DNA from: Mobula hypostoma
Taxonomy: Eukaryota
NCBI RefSeq assembly: GCF_963921235.1
Contig: NC_086114.1
Coordinates: forward strand, 62,496,001-62,560,000
Length of the DNA: 64,000 nucleotides
Direction: 5' to 3'
The notes beneath the pieces are model-generated. The model ran no database searches. It saw nothing but the letters and a program-made list of their open reading frames with translations, and had not been told where the DNA came from. The position numbers were made by a program, and so were the translations under genes. This document shows, in pieces, positions 38,837-52,648 of the stretch (the stretch's first letter is position 1; each line of letters starts with the position of its first letter).

Positions 38837-39986
38837 AGTATGCTGTGTCCCAGATGCCAAGGTCTGAGATACCTCGGAGTGAGTCCATAGCATTCTTAAG
38901 TGGAAGTGTGAGCAACTAGAGGTCATGGTCCATGTTTGTACCATTGACATAGGAAAGAAGGGTGACAAGGTCCTGCAAAGGAATTTCAGGCAGTTAGGTG
39001 CTGCGTTAAAGGACAGGATCACCAAGGTGGTGATCTCATGATTGCAACCCATGCAATGTGCTAGTTGGGCCAAAAATAGCAGGATAATATATTTTAAGGA
39101 GATGGTGCAGGAGGGAGGGCTTCAGATATTTGGATCACATTTGGGTTGCATCTTTTAGGGAAATGGAATCTGTACAGATGGGATGGTTTGCACCTGATCT
39201 GGAGAGGGATTAAGATTGTGTGGGAAGGTTTGCTAATGCTGCTCCGAAGGATTTAAACTAGAGTTGCAGGGATGGGAACCAGAGTGCTAAGGCGTTTAGT
39301 GGAGTGTTCCTGGGGAAAGATGATGTTAAGCCTACATGCAAAGACAGGAGATGATAGGCTGAGCATGGTGGCAATAATGTTCTGAGCTGTGTCTATTTCA
39401 ACGTGAGGGGGTTGTAGGTGAGGCGGATGAGCTCAGACCACAGATCAGCATGTGGAATTTTGACATCGTAGCCATTAGTGAGACTTGATTTCAGGAGAGG
39501 CAGGACTGGCAGCTCAATGTTCCAGCGTCCTGTTATTTTAGACATGATAGAGGGGAGGTAGTAAAGTGGGAGGGGTGGCATTACTGGTCAGGGATAGTGA
39601 CAGGGCAGTGCTCGGATAGGACAGACTAAAGGGTTCATGTACTAACACTATACGGGAGGAAATGAGGAATAAGAACAGGATGACTATGTTAACAGAGTTA
39701 TATTATAGACCACTCAATAGCCTGTGGTATTTAGAGGAACAAACTTTTAGAGAGATTGCAGACAGTTGCAAGGAAAATAAGGTTGTGATAGCTGGTGATT
39801 TAAATTTTCTGCATATCGACAGGGACTTCCATAATGTAAAAGGGCTGGATGGGATACAGTTTGTCAAATGTATTCAGGAAAGTTTCCTTCAACAATATAT
39901 AAAGGTCCCAACTCAAGAGAATATGACACTGATTTCCGTTAGGGCAGGTGTCAGAAGAGTGTGTCGGGAAACACTTTGGATCTAGT

Positions 39987-40682
39987 TAAAGTCCAAAGTA
40001 CAGTACATTAGTCATTAAAGTATGTATACCAGATACAATCTTGAGATTCCTCTTGCGGGCAGCCCAAAACAAAGAAACACAATAAAATTCACAAAATAAT
40101 ACCCACACCACATAGACAGTCATGAAGTCAATGTATGAAAAAGGAGAAATTAACAAGCAACAAATAAGCAACCCACAGGACATGAACTGCAGAGTCCCCG
40201 AGAGTAACTGAGCCAGTTCACGGAGCCGCAGCTGCAGAATCAGTTCAGTGCTGACCCTCAAAGAGGAGTGCACCGGGCACCTGTTCATCGATCGCCCTCA
40301 TCCTCGACGCCTTAATCTTTTTAATCTGGCTCCGTGCTTGAATCAGCCAAACATAGGTCTGTAATCCTTTCTCGGGCCCGGGCCCTACCACTTCAAACCA
40401 GTCCAAAGTTTCAGTCCAGCCTCTAAGTCTGCTCCAGCAATGGCTGCCGCAGCTGTAGCTGCAGTCTCGAGAGTCCAGATCACCAAATATTTCAGAATAC
40501 CACAAAAATGCCTGGCTGTACAGATGGTTCAAAGCCACACTTCCAAGCAGGAAATTACAGACTGCAGATTGCAGTGATCATAGTCCTGACAAAGTAGGAG
40601 AACAGTTAGTAGAACTGTTAGTAGCTTTGCCAGCTGCCGGCAAAGTGTTGTTGTGTCTCATCAGCACCATCTTCGTGACGTG
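39987..40682 (-). mobile_element. Non-autonomous retroposon (AAGATGG 5' end, Rex-like tail) in the CR1 APE domain
   Basis: TSD AGT (39984-39986, 40683-40685); excision restores HFGSSDHNSI. Confidence 0.8.
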
Positions 40683-42589
40683 AGTGATCATAATTCCATT
40701 TGTTTTGAGATCATTATGGTGAACAATGGGGTTGGTCCTCGGGTTGAGATTCTTAAATTGGAGAAAGGCCAATTTTGATTGCAACAGAAAGGATCTGGTG
40801 GATTGGGTTTAGTTGTTTCCTGGCAAACGGATGCTTGGCAAGTGAGAGACCCTCAAAAGTGAAATATTGGGAGTACACAGTTTGTATGTTCTTGTTAGAA
40901 TAAAAGGCAACACAAATAAGTTTAGGGAATGTTGTCATTCGAGAGATATTGAGGCCCTGGTTAAGAAGAAGGAGGTGCATAGCAGGTCTAGGCAGCAAGT
41001 GTTTGTGGGGTGTAAGAAATGCAAGAGAACATTTAAGAGAGAAATCAGGATGCTTAAAGAAGACATGAGATTGCTCTGGCCAACAAGGTGAAGGAGAATC
41101 CCAATGGCATATTAAGAGCAAAAGGATAGCAAGGGACAAGATCAGTATGGTCATCTATGCATAGGGTTGAAAGAGATGGGCGAGATTTTTGCATCTGTAT
41201 TTACTCGAGAGATGACACAGTCTATAAAACTGAGGCAAAGCAGCAGTAAGGTCATGGACCATATACAGGTTACAGCAGAAGATGTTCTCTCAGTCTTGAG
41301 GCAGGTTAGGATGGAAAAGTCTCCAGGACCTGACAAGGTGCCCCCTTGGTTGGCTAATGTATAAATTGTAGGGGCCCTGACAGAGGTACTTAAAATATTC
41401 TTAGCTACCGATGATGTTGTTGTGTTGTTCAATAAAGGCTGTAAGAATAAACCAGGAAATTATGGGACAGTGAGCCTGACATAAGTGGTGTGCAAATTAT
41501 TGGAAGGTGTTCTGAGGGACAGATTATATGTGTTTGGATAGGCGGGGTCGATAAGGGATAGTCAACATGGCTTTGTGTGTGGTTGAGTCTAACCAGTCTA
41601 ATAGAGTTTATTGAGATTACCAGGAAAGCTGATGAAGCAAAGGCAGTATGTGTTGTCTACATAGATTTTAGCAAGGCCTTTGACAAGGTCCCACATGTGA
41701 GGTTGGTCAAGAAGCTTCAGTCGCTTGGTGTTCAGGATGGTGGTCAGTGATGTGCCACAGGGTCCACTGTTTGTCATCTATATCAACAATCTGGATTATA
41801 AACTAGATTAGCAAATTTGTTGTTGACACCAAGATTGGAAGCATAGTGGACAGTGAAGAAGGCTATCGGAAGCTTGCAGTGGAATCTGGACCAGCTGGAA
41901 AAATGGACTGAAAAAAGGCAGATGGAATTTAATGCAGTCAAGTGTGAGGTGTTGCACTTTGGGAGGACAAACCAGGGTAGAATTTACACAGTGAGCGGCA
42001 GGGCACTGAGGAGTGTGGAAGAACAGAGGGATCTGGGAATACAGGACCACAATTTCTTAAAAGTGGCATCACAGATAGATAGGGTCATAAAAAGAGCTTT
42101 TGGCACACTGACATCCATAAATCAGAGTAATGAGTATGGGAGTTAGAATGGTATGTTCAAGTTGTAAAAAATGTTGGTAACACCTAATTGTCAGCAGTTC
42201 TAGTCACCTACCTACAGGAAAGATATCAATAAGATTGAAAGAGTACAGAGAAAATTTACAAGGATGTTGCAGTACCTGAGTTATAGGGAATGGTTGAATA
42301 AGTTAAGACTGTTCCCCGGAGAACACAAAAATTAGGGATTTATTGGAGTTATCAAAATTATGAGGGGTGTAATTAGGGTAAATGCACCCCGGCCTTTCCA
42401 CTGCGGTTGGGTAAGACTAAAACTTGAGGTCATAGTTTAAGGGTGAAAGGTGAAATATTTATGGGACACCTGGGGTGGGGGGAGGGGATAATAATCTTCT
42501 TCACTCAGATGGTGGTGCAAGTGTGGAATGAGCTGCCAGCAGAAGTGGCCGGTGCAGGTTTGATCGGATTATTTATTTAATTTGTTTGT

Positions 42590-42855
42590 TTGTTTAAAGA
42601 TCAGGTCCTTCTGGCCCCATCGAGACACACCATCCAGCAACACAACTATTTAACTTTAGTCTAATCACAGAAAATTTACAATGACCAATTAATGTAAGTA
42701 GGAATGTGGGAGGAAACCAGAGCACCCTGAGGAAACCCACATGTTCACAGGGAGGACGTACAAACTCCTTACAGACTGCGCCAGAACTTAACTCTGAATT
42801 CTGACTCCTGAGCTGCAACGATGCTGCGCTAACTGCCATTCTACCATGGCACCCT
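42590..42855 (-). mobile_element. V-SINE/HE1-like SINE
   Basis: tRNA-like head plus V-domain gagtttgtacgtcctccc...gggtttcctcagggtgctctggtttcctcccac; (AAAC/AAAT)n tail. Confidence 0.75.
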
Positions 42856-44440
42856 TGTTACACTGTGTAAGAGAGGTTTGGATAAGTGCATGTATGGGAA
42901 AGGAATAGAGGCTTGTGGTCCATTGGACTAGGCAGAATAATAGTCAGCATGGACTAGATGGGTCAAGGGCCGTTTTCTGTACTGTAGTGCTCTATAGTGT
43001 AGGGAGTCATGGTAGCCTACTGGTTAGTGTGATGCTATTACAGCTTGGGTATCAGAGTCTCTATGTCCTTCCCGTGGAATACCTGATAGGATTCAATGAA
43101 ATCCCCCCTTATTCTTCTAAACTCCAGCAAGTACAGACCCAGAGCATCAAATCCACCTCATATATTAACTCTTTAATTTCCAAGACCATTCTCGTTAACT
43201 TCCTCTCTAATGCCAGCACATCCTTTCTTAACTAAAAGGCTCAAACTGCTCACAACTGGTCACTCCACCTGGTGTTGGATTCCATTTCATTTCATAGCTC
43301 AAACTGAAGTACCCAAGACTGTGCACCACTATCTAACGCATTGTCTTCAGGAAAACCACACAAAGTAAACGTTGATCTTAAGCTCTGCTTACAATATTCA
43401 GTTGTGAAGTCTGATACCTGATTTTTTACCTCACTCAGTCCAGTTTGAATAACACCAAATTGATATGGACCTATGGAAAATCTCTTGTAGCCTATTTTGC
43501 ACTTGGTATCGTGGCGTCAGTGGCTATACTTCAGTGCCTTGTATTCTTTCTGGCTAGCCTGACCAGGCTAATACACAAACTGCCTTCCTGTCAACAGGAC
43601 CCCTATTCTCTCAGAAAGTTCTGTTATTTTTCTTTGTAGCTCTCTAGTAAAAATTCAGCTTTGTACTTCCTGCTAAAGGAAAGATGCATTAAGCTGGAAA
43701 GAGTGCGGAGGCGATTTATGAGAATGTCGCCAGGACTTGAGGGACCGAATATGGAGAGAGGATATCAGGTTGAGACTTCATTCACTGGGTGTAGGGCATC
43801 GAGGGGAGATCTCATGGAGGTGTAAAAAGTCATGTGAGGCACACATAGGGCAAATGCACACTGACTTTTCCCAGGAAAATCAACAACTAGAGGGCATAGG
43901 TTTTGTATGAGAGGAATAGAATCTGTGTCAGTCTCCCAAGTAAATACAGATGCAAAAATCCATTTGAGATCTCCTCCATCTCTTTTGGCTCCAGGAATAA
44001 ACTACCAATGTGAGATTTAATAGGAACCGAAGACAATTTCTCCACACACTGTCTGGTGTCTATTGGGAATGAACTGCCAGAGGAGGAGGTTGCGACAGGA
44101 AAATTAATAACATTTCAAAGGTGCTTCCTCGGCAGCTCAGGCATGGTACGTGTTGGTGTCAGAGACCTACCGAAGGTCAGGAGAGGGAGAGAGAGTGTGT
44201 ATAAAGGGAGCAGATTCGGGTAAGGCCGGTCATTTTTGGCTGCGCAGGTGTGGTAAATGTCAGAGTCAGAGGCCTAAACTCAGCAGCAAATGAAGGTCAA
44301 GTGGAGCAGCCATTGTCAGAGTGTGCCGGTGTTAGAGTGGGAAGGTTTTGGCTTAACAGGCAGAGGGACAGACAAGGAGCAGTAAGCCTGCTTTGTCTTA
44401 GAACAGAATAGTCAGGTTGGAATGCTCCTCCTGTCAGATG

Positions 44441-44478
<38 letters not shown>

Positions 44479-46580
44479 GTACTTTATTGATCCTGAGTGG
44501 GAAATTATTTTGTTACAGCAGCAACATTGAAAAACACACTTAGCAATAATAATAATAAATATAAGAATAATATTAACTACATAAAGTACAGAATAATAAT
44601 ACACACAATAATAATTTACCATGTGCAATAATAATGTATGAAGTAATAAATCAGAGGCTATTACACTATGATGTGTATTCTCTTGTCGCACAGAGATGAA
44701 CTGTTGTGCATGCGTATTAAATTTGGTAGGACGGATTTTCTGTAACGATCCCTGTGACAGTGGAGCTGAATGAGTCTGTTCGAAAGGGTGCTCAGCTGCT
44801 TATTCAGTCAGTCATGCAGAGGATGTGCCAGATTGTCCATGGGGAGGATGTGTCAGATTGTCCATGGAGAGGATGTGTCAGATTGTCCATGGAGAGGATG
44901 TGTCAGATTGTCCATGGGGATTTTGTGCCAGATTGTCCATGGAGAGGATGTGCCAGATTGTCCATGGGGATTTTGTGCCAGATTGTCCATGGAGAAGATG
45001 TGCCAGATTGTCCATGGAGAGGATGTGTCAGATTGTCCATGGGGAGGATGTGTCAGATTGTCCATGGGGATTTTGTGCCAGATTGTCCATGGAGAGGATG
45101 TGCCAGATTGTCCATGGGGATTTTGTGCCAGATTGTCCATGGAGAGGATGTGTCAGATTGTCCATGCAGAGGATGTGTCAGATTGTCCATGCAGAGGATG
45201 TGCCAGATTGTCCATGGGGATTTTGTGCCAGATTGTCCATGGGGAGAATGTGTCAGATTGTCCATGGGGAGGATGTGTCAGATTGTCCATGGGGAGAATG
45301 TGTCAGATTGTCCATGGGGAGGATGTGTCAGATTGTCCATGGGGAGAATGTGCCAGATTATCCATAAGTTTATTTAGTGACCTCCTCTCAACCCCTAACT
45401 CAGAAGAGTCCGGGTTGTATTCAAGGACGGCTCCAACCTTTTTTGATGAGATTACTTAGTCTTTTTGCATCACCAGCTCCGATGCTACTCCCCCAAGATA
45501 AAGCTGCAAGAAGACTGCACTTGCGACAACAGACTGATAAAAGATCTCCAACATCCTGCTGCACACATTGAAGGATCTCAGATTCCTTAGAAGATAAAGT
45601 CTACTCATCCCCTTCTTGTAAACAGCCTTGTTGTAGATTTTCCAGTCAAGTCTGTTGTCAAGGTGAACACCCAAGTATTTGTACTCCCTCAGCACCGCAA
45701 CTTCTTCTCCCAGAATGTACACAGGACTCATCACAGTCCACTTCCTCCTAAAATCAATCACCATCTCCCTGGTTTTGGCCAAATTCAGGAGCAGATGATT
45801 CCTCCCGCACCACTGCACAAACTTGTCCAACTCTGTACTCCAACTCCTGCCATCTCTGATGCACCCAACCACTGCAGAGTTATCAGAGAACTTCTGCAAG
45901 TGACAAGACTCGGATTTGTACTGGAGTCTGAGGTGTACAGTGTGAACAGAAACAGAGACAGGACAGTCCCTTGTGGAACTCCAGTGCCACTCACCACCAT
46001 CTCAGGTACAGAACTACCCACCCATACAAACTGGGGTCTGTCTGTCAGGTAGTCAGTAATCCAGAGATAGTGGATTTATCTATGCCCATCCTTTGTAGCT
46101 TCTTGCTCAGAAGAAGTGGCTGGATTGTATTGAAGGCACTAGAGAATTCAAAAAATGTGATTCTCACAATGCCACCATCGTCATCCAGGTGGGAGAGAGC
46201 TCTCTGCAACAGGTAGATGATGGTATCATCCATTCCCACATGAGGCTGGTCGTCAAACTGTAGAGGGTCCAATGAAGATCTCACCTGTGGTCCAAGATAA
46301 GAAGAACCAGCCCCTCCAGCACCTTCATCACATGAGATGTGAGTGCAATTGGTCTGTAGTCATTAAGTTCAGATGAAGTCACCTTCTTGGATACAGGAAC
46401 CAAGCAGGAAGTCTTACACAGCACCAGTATCTTTTCCTGACTCAGACTCAGATTGTAAATGTGCTGCAAAATACCAGTCAGCTGCTTGCACAGGCCTTTG
46501 GTACCCTGGGGTTGATACTGTCCAGTCCAGAAGCCTTGTGTTAATGTGGTTTCTCCAGCTGTCTCTTAACCTGACCTGCA
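44441..46580 (-). mobile_element. Rex1/Babar LINE with (TAA)n tail and internal minisatellite
   Basis: Minus ORFs DYRPIALTS, FFEFSSAFNTI, GVPQGTVLS, YKYLGVHLD; (TAA)12 at 44441-44476. Confidence 0.9.
44813..45365. repeat. 25-bp minisatellite, ~22 copies (GATTGTCCATGGRGAGGATGTGYCA)
   Basis: Units start at 44831+25n up to 45356 with no indels. Confidence 0.98.
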
Positions 46581-49500
46581 GTCAAGTCAGGCGGGGGAGG
46601 GTGGTCATCCCCATGGAGGCAGGATACTCCAAAGGTGGGGGGGTTTGGAACACAAGTACTCACCAGAGGGGAGGGAGGAGAGTAAGGATTTAGGACACCT
46701 GAAAGTTTCCCTGATACCTATCCACAACTCCATCAATTTTAGTATCATCCGCAGACTCACTATTCCACCCATCTACATCACAAACAGCAGAGGGCCCAGC
46801 ACAGATCCCTGTGGAACTCCACTAATTGCTGTGCGAAGTGCACCCAACTTCAGCTCCTGACTGGCCGTCAAGGAGTTGGATGTACTCGGGATCATCCAGG
46901 AGGCTGAAGATGTTATGGTTGAGACTTTTGGAGAGGTGGTCACACCCAGAGTGCAGGCTTCAGGCAGTAGATGGGTGACCACCAGGAGTGGTTCAGGGGA
47001 TGAAGCCATTCCCCTCAGCAACAAGCGTACCTCTTTGGCTACTGCTGGGAGGAATGACCCATCAGGGTACAGCAGCCCAGCCAGGCCAGCGGCACTGTGG
47101 CTGGTTCTGAGGCTCAGCAGGGAAAGGAAAGGTAAAGTCAGGCAGGGCGGTATCGATCGTGGACTCGATAGTTCAGGGGATAGACAGGAGATTCTGTGCC
47201 ACAAAAGAGAAACCAAGATGATGTGTTGTCTCCTAGGTGCGACGGTTCAGGATACATCAGAGCAGCTGCAGGGTATTCTCAAGGGGGAGGGGAGGCAGCC
47301 AGAGGTCATGGTGCATATTGGCATGAATGACATAGGCAAAAAAAGGGGAAAGAGTGTATAGGGTTAGGAAAGAGGCCGAAGGGAAGGATCTCCAAGGTAG
47401 TAATCTCCTGATAACTCCCAGTGCCATGGGCTAGTGCAGGTAGGAATGGGGTGATAGCACAGATGAGGGAGTGACTGAGGAGATGGTGCAAGTTCTTGGA
47501 TCATTGGAACCTTTTCTGGGGAAAGGGTGACCCCTACAAGAGGAACAGGTTGCAACTGAACAGGAGGGGAACCAATATCCTGGCCAGGAGGTTTGCTAAT
47601 GTTACTTGGGAGAATTTAAACTAGGTTTGCTGGGGGCTGGGAACTGGACACCAGGTCAGTAAGTGAAGGATTGGGCAGGAAAGTAGATGTCAGGGAAAGT
47701 ATTGAAAGACAAAATCAAAATAGCAGGTATGATGGGTCAGATAGTTTTTATATTTTAATGCTGGGAGTATTATAGGTAAGGGTGATGAACTTAGAGAATG
47801 GATCAATACGTGGAATTACGATGTTGTGGCCATCACTGAGACTTGACTGAGAGGGTAATAGGAATGGATGATTAATGTACCGGGTTTTCAAAGTTTTAGA
47901 AAAGATAGAGAAGGAAGTGAAAGCCGGGGGTGGGGGGTGGGGGAGGGAGTTGCACCGCTAATCAGGAGCAATATCACAGGGCACTCAGGGGAGACATAAT
48001 GGAGGATTCAGACACTAACTCCATTTGAGTAGAACTCAGGAACAGGAGGGGTGCCATCATGTTGATGGTTGGACTACGGACCCCTAAATAGCCACCGGGA
48101 CATTGGGGAACTGATAGGTTAATTGATTGAGGAGATGTGTAAAAATAATAGGGTTATTGTTATGGGGAATTTCAATTTCCATAATATAAATTGGGACCTT
48201 CTTAGTGCGAGGGGTTTAGATGGGGTAGAATTTGTTAAGTATATCCAGGAGGGTTTCTTAAATCAATAAAATCAAACCAATGACAGGTTAATTTACTGGA
48301 CCTCGTGATGGGTACTGAGCCTGGCCAGCTGACTGATCTTTCAGTGGGTGAACAGTTAAGAAACAGTGACCACAACTCCTTATCTTTCAGGATAGCTATA
48401 GGTAAAGATAGGAATGGTTCTTGTGGGAGAGTTTTAAATTGAAATAGGTCAAATTACGAGAGCATTAGGCAGGAACTAAGAAGTGTTAATTGGGAACACC
48501 TTTTCTCTGGCAAGTCCACATCAGACTTGTGGAGGGTGTTTAAAGATCAATTGCACAGAGTACAGGAAAGATGTGTTCCTGTTAGAAGGAAGGACAGGAT
48601 GGAAAGGTAAGAGAACCTTGGATGTCGAAAGAGGCGATGAATTTAGTCAAGAAGAGAAAGCAAAAGGATGTAAAGCTTCAGAAGTTAGGATCAAACGAAG
48701 CATTATAAAGGAGCCAGAAAAAAAATTAAGAAGGGAATTAGGAAAGTCGGGAGGTGCCATGAAAAGCCCTTGGCAAGCAGGATAAAGGTGAGCCCCAAGG
48801 CATTCCATACATATATCAAGAGGATAAGTAGAGCGATAGTACGACCATTCCAGGATAAAGAGGAGAACACTTGCTTGGATGCAGAGAATGTCATTGAGGT
48901 ATTAATGAGTACTTTGCTTCAGTATTTACTAAGAAAAAGGAAACGGAGGACCAGGGGATCAGTGCTGAGTGTATAAGTACATTAGGGTGTTTAGAGGGCA
49001 AGGAGGAGGAGGTATTGCATCTCCTAATGAGTATTAAGGTGGCTGAATCCCCAGGACATGATGGAATTTACCCCAGTTTATTGAAGGAGGAAAGAGACGA
49101 GATTGCTGGGGCCTTAACCAATATCTTGGTGTCCTTCCTAGCCACAGGTGAGGTCCCAGAGGACAGGCAAGAGGCTAATGTTGTACCTCTATTTAAGAAG
49201 AGACAAGGGAAAATCCTGGAAACTATAGACCAGCGAGTCTTCCATCAGTTGTAGGGATTTACTGGAGAAATTTCTTAGCGATATGATATATGAGCATTTG
49301 GAAATCCATGGCCTAATTAAGGAGAGCCAGCATGGCTTTGTGAATGGAAAATCTTGTCTTACTAACATGATTTTGACAAGGTGACAAGAGAGATTGATGA
49401 GGATAGGGCAGTGGATGTTGTCTACATGGATTTCAGTAAGGTGTTTGACAAAGTCCCTCGTGGGAGGCTAATCCAGAAAATTAGGATGCATGGAAAAGGG

Positions 49501-51839
49501 GGTGCACAGCAAATTGGCTGTTTGAATTCAGAATTAGCTTGCACATAGGAGACAGGGGATTATGGTCGAATGGATTTATTCGAGCTGGAGGTCTGTAACC
49601 AGAGGAGTTCCACAGGGATCAGTGCTGGGACCTCTGCTGTTTGTGATGTATATAAATGACTTGGATGAAAATGTAGATGGGTGGGATAGTAAGTTTGTGG
49701 ATGACACCAAGACTGATGGAGTTGTGGATAGTGTAGAAGACTGGCAAAGAATACAGTGTGATTATAAATCAGTTACAGATATGGGCAGAGAAATGGCAGA
49801 TGGAGTTTAACCCAGAGAAGTGTGAAGTGTTGCACCTTGGAAGGGTAAATGCAAGGAGACAATACACTGTTAAGGACAAGGTCCTTAACAGTGTTACTGA
49901 GCAGAGAGATCCTGGGATCCAAGTCCATAGCTCCATGAAAGTAGCTCCACAGGTCAATAGGGTGGTTAGGAAGGCTTATAGAATGCTTGATTTTATTAAT
50001 CAAGCCACTGAGTTCAAATGCCAAGAGGTTATGTTGCAACTTTCCAGAACTCTGGTTAGGCCACATCTGGAGTAATGAATACAGTTCTGGTTGCCCCACT
50101 ATAGGAAGGATGTTGAGGCTTTGGAGAGGGTGCAGAAGAGTTTTACCAGGATGCTGCCTGGTTTAGAGAGCATGTGCTATCATGAAAGGACAAATTTGGG
50201 TTGTTTTCTTTGGAGCAGCAGAGGCTGCTGGGAGACCTGATAGAGGTTTATAAGATTATGAGAGGCATAGAGTAGAGAGTATCTTTTTACCCAGGGTAGA
50301 AATTTCTAATACCAGAGGGCATGCATTGAAGATGAGAGGGGGTAGGTTCAGTGGGGCTGTGAGGGGCAAGTTTTTTTACTCAGAGAGTGGTGGATGTCTG
50401 GAATGCGTTGCCTGGTATGGTGGTAGAGGCAAATACATTAGAGGCTTTAAGAGACGTTTGGATAGGCAGATGAATATGAGGAAGATGGAGGGATATGGAC
50501 ATTGTGAAGGTAGCAGGGATTAGTGTTTGGGGTTTCTTTGATTTACTTTTTAGCTGGTTCAGCACAACACTGTGGGCTGTACTGTCTGATGTTCTATGAC
50601 AGGGAGGTGGATGGGGGAGGTTTAGCGGGTCAAATAGGACTAGCTCTGGTGGGAATCTGGTTTGGCATGAACCAGCTAGGTCAAAGCGCCTACTTCCATG
50701 TTGTATGACTGTGACTTCATGACTCTACAACTCCACTGTAGCCTTGATATGACTCATAGACAACCTGTAACATCTGTAATGGAATTACTTAATTTTATTA
50801 CTTAAACAGGATTCTGAATTAAACCAACCACTCAGAGGGTACTCATAAACTGGCATCAATAATGGATCCTTCTGCGCCAATCTAGCTGCCCCCACTGCTG
50901 TGATTCTCTATTGCCTGTAAATTACACTTCAACGTTAATATAATTTGTATCTGTACTTTCATACAGATATCCTTAAAGTTTCTGCTGTGACGTTCTGCTT
51001 AGGTGTTCAATATTCCATATCATCATCACATTAGGATGGGACATAGTTCTTTGGCTACACTCTGAAGGCAACCACAATGGAAATTGTGTCCATGAGTGAC
51101 CAGCCAGGGTTATGGTGAACATTGTGAAAGATTTCCCAACTGAGGATATGTGGAGTCTTCATGTTGTGAAATAAATGCAGAAAATTCTGTTAGATATTCT
51201 CAATAAGCTGGGTTGGGGGTATTAAAGGTTAATCAGATATGCTGAAATGTGGAGTTGGTGTTCAGTGTTAGGCTAGAGGGGCCGAGTGGACTACTTCTAC
51301 TCCTAATACTCCACTGATGAGGCAGCAGCCGTGGAGAGAGAAACAGGGTTAACATTTCAGTTTCATGTCTCAGACAATAACCAAAGGTCCATGTATCTCC
51401 TCTCCGAATATCCCAAGAAAGTGAGTCTCCACAGACTCTCTCTGGGAAGACATTTTCTCCAGAGCACCAATTCTTTTTTCAATCTCAGCGCCTAAAGATA
51501 TGTTATTCTATGTTTGTAGCACAGTGGATGGCCCCACTCACTCAGCAGAGAGACGGAGCCCCTTTGCCATCCCTAACCAGAGCCCTGTATTTCTAGGAGA
51601 ACCCCGCCCCCACTGTGATCATCCCAATGTCCGGTCCAGAGGAGTGACTCCTAAATTTTCCTTTTGGCGATACCCTTCCTCTCTCTCGGCAGGGAAACGC
51701 CCCAACCCTATCCCGGTGTCTCCCCTCCTGCCGGGAGACTCCGTCTTCATCCCAGTTCCCGTCCCGATGGCAGATTCCTAAACCCTTGTAGATTGGGGAG
51801 ACGTCCTCTCGCTATCCCAGTTCCTGTCCCAGGAGGCTG

Positions 51840-52220
51840 AAGCAGGGGAGGGAATGTGCTGACGGCGAGCGGGAGCCCATGACCGGCTCCCCATATACGG
51901 TGATGGTTTTGGTCAGGGCTCCCGGCAACAAATCAGCTGGCGGATGCAGGAGCGAGATTGCCATAGGGTAGGGCAAGCTGCGACTGCTTCCAAAAAAGTA
52001 TTAAATGTCCTAAGGAATTCAATCAGCCCCCCACCCCCCCTACGAAGGAGATATTTCTGAGGCCAGAAGAGATCTGGTGCACTTCTGCCGAGCTCTGAGA
52101 CCGGCATCGGCTCTCTGTCTGCCTCTCCCCCTCTCAGCCTCTCTGCACCTTCTCTCCGTCTTCCAGTGTCCCCTTGCTGTTCTCTCTTTCCTTGGCAAAG
52201 CACCGCCACACACAGCAATC
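51840..52220 (+). promoter_or_regulatory. TPM1: TPM1 upstream (exon 1a) promoter and 5' UTR
   Basis: CpG-rich; MCAT GGAATG 51851-51856; CArG-like CCATATACGG 51891-51900; E-box CAGCTG 51934-51939; C-rich tract 52027-52040. Confidence 0.7.
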
Positions 52221-52334
52221 ATGGAGGCCATAAAGAAAAAGATGCAGATGTTGAAGCTGGACAAGGAGAATGCCTTGGACCGCGCCGAGCAAGCAGAGGC
52301 AGACAAGAAGGCAGCCGAGGACCGAAGCAAGCAG
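52221..52334 (+). CDS. TPM1: Alpha-tropomyosin exon 1a (38 aa)
   Basis: [38 protein letters not shown], phase-0 GT donor at 52335. Confidence 0.96.
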
Positions 52335-52648
52335 GTTGGGGAGGAAGGAGCGCGTCTCCCGAGCGGGGGCAGATAGTTAACAGTCCCGTTAGGCGGGCAA
52401 ACTTCATTCCTGGAATTCTAAGGAAGCGTGTTGCTGGGTTTAAAATCGGTAGTCGCGTGTTTTGTCAGTTTAAAGTAGCTTTGTCGTTGTTTTACAAAGC
52501 TGCCGTCCAGTAACACGTTTAAATTGTCTGTGGCGGGAGAGTAGGGTTAAATCGGCTCTAAATTCCGAGGGCGGCGGGGTCGGGGTATAAAGATAACCGT
52601 GACGGTGTGTGTTTAAAGCCTTTTAACCTCTGCATCAATTGTGCGTAG

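Larger units (their letters stand above)
36990..43000 (+). mobile_element. Near full-length CR1 LINE (ORF1 zinc finger/esterase, ORF2 APE-RT) with three nested insertions
   Basis: CKKMH.QLL, VMVHVCT.DIG (esterase-like), GDLNF, HFGS|SDHNSI, KSPGPD, RT and 3' tail. Confidence 0.85.
44130..50600 (+). mobile_element. Near full-length CR1 LINE, ORF1 interrupted by Rex1
   Basis: ORF1 ECSSCQM (44420) resumes at CAKCTQLQLL (46830); VMVHIGMNDIG; APE GNFNF and SDHN; [17 protein letters not shown]. Confidence 0.88.

Noticed and set aside
44813-45365. CRISPR-like array
   Set aside because: Units are contiguous with no unique spacers; eukaryotic context; no cas genes
44754-45459. Three overlapping Cys-rich repetitive ORFs (180-229 aa)
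   Set aside because: By-product of a stop-free 25-bp tandem repeat on the antisense strand of a LINE; all three frames give the same permuted peptide
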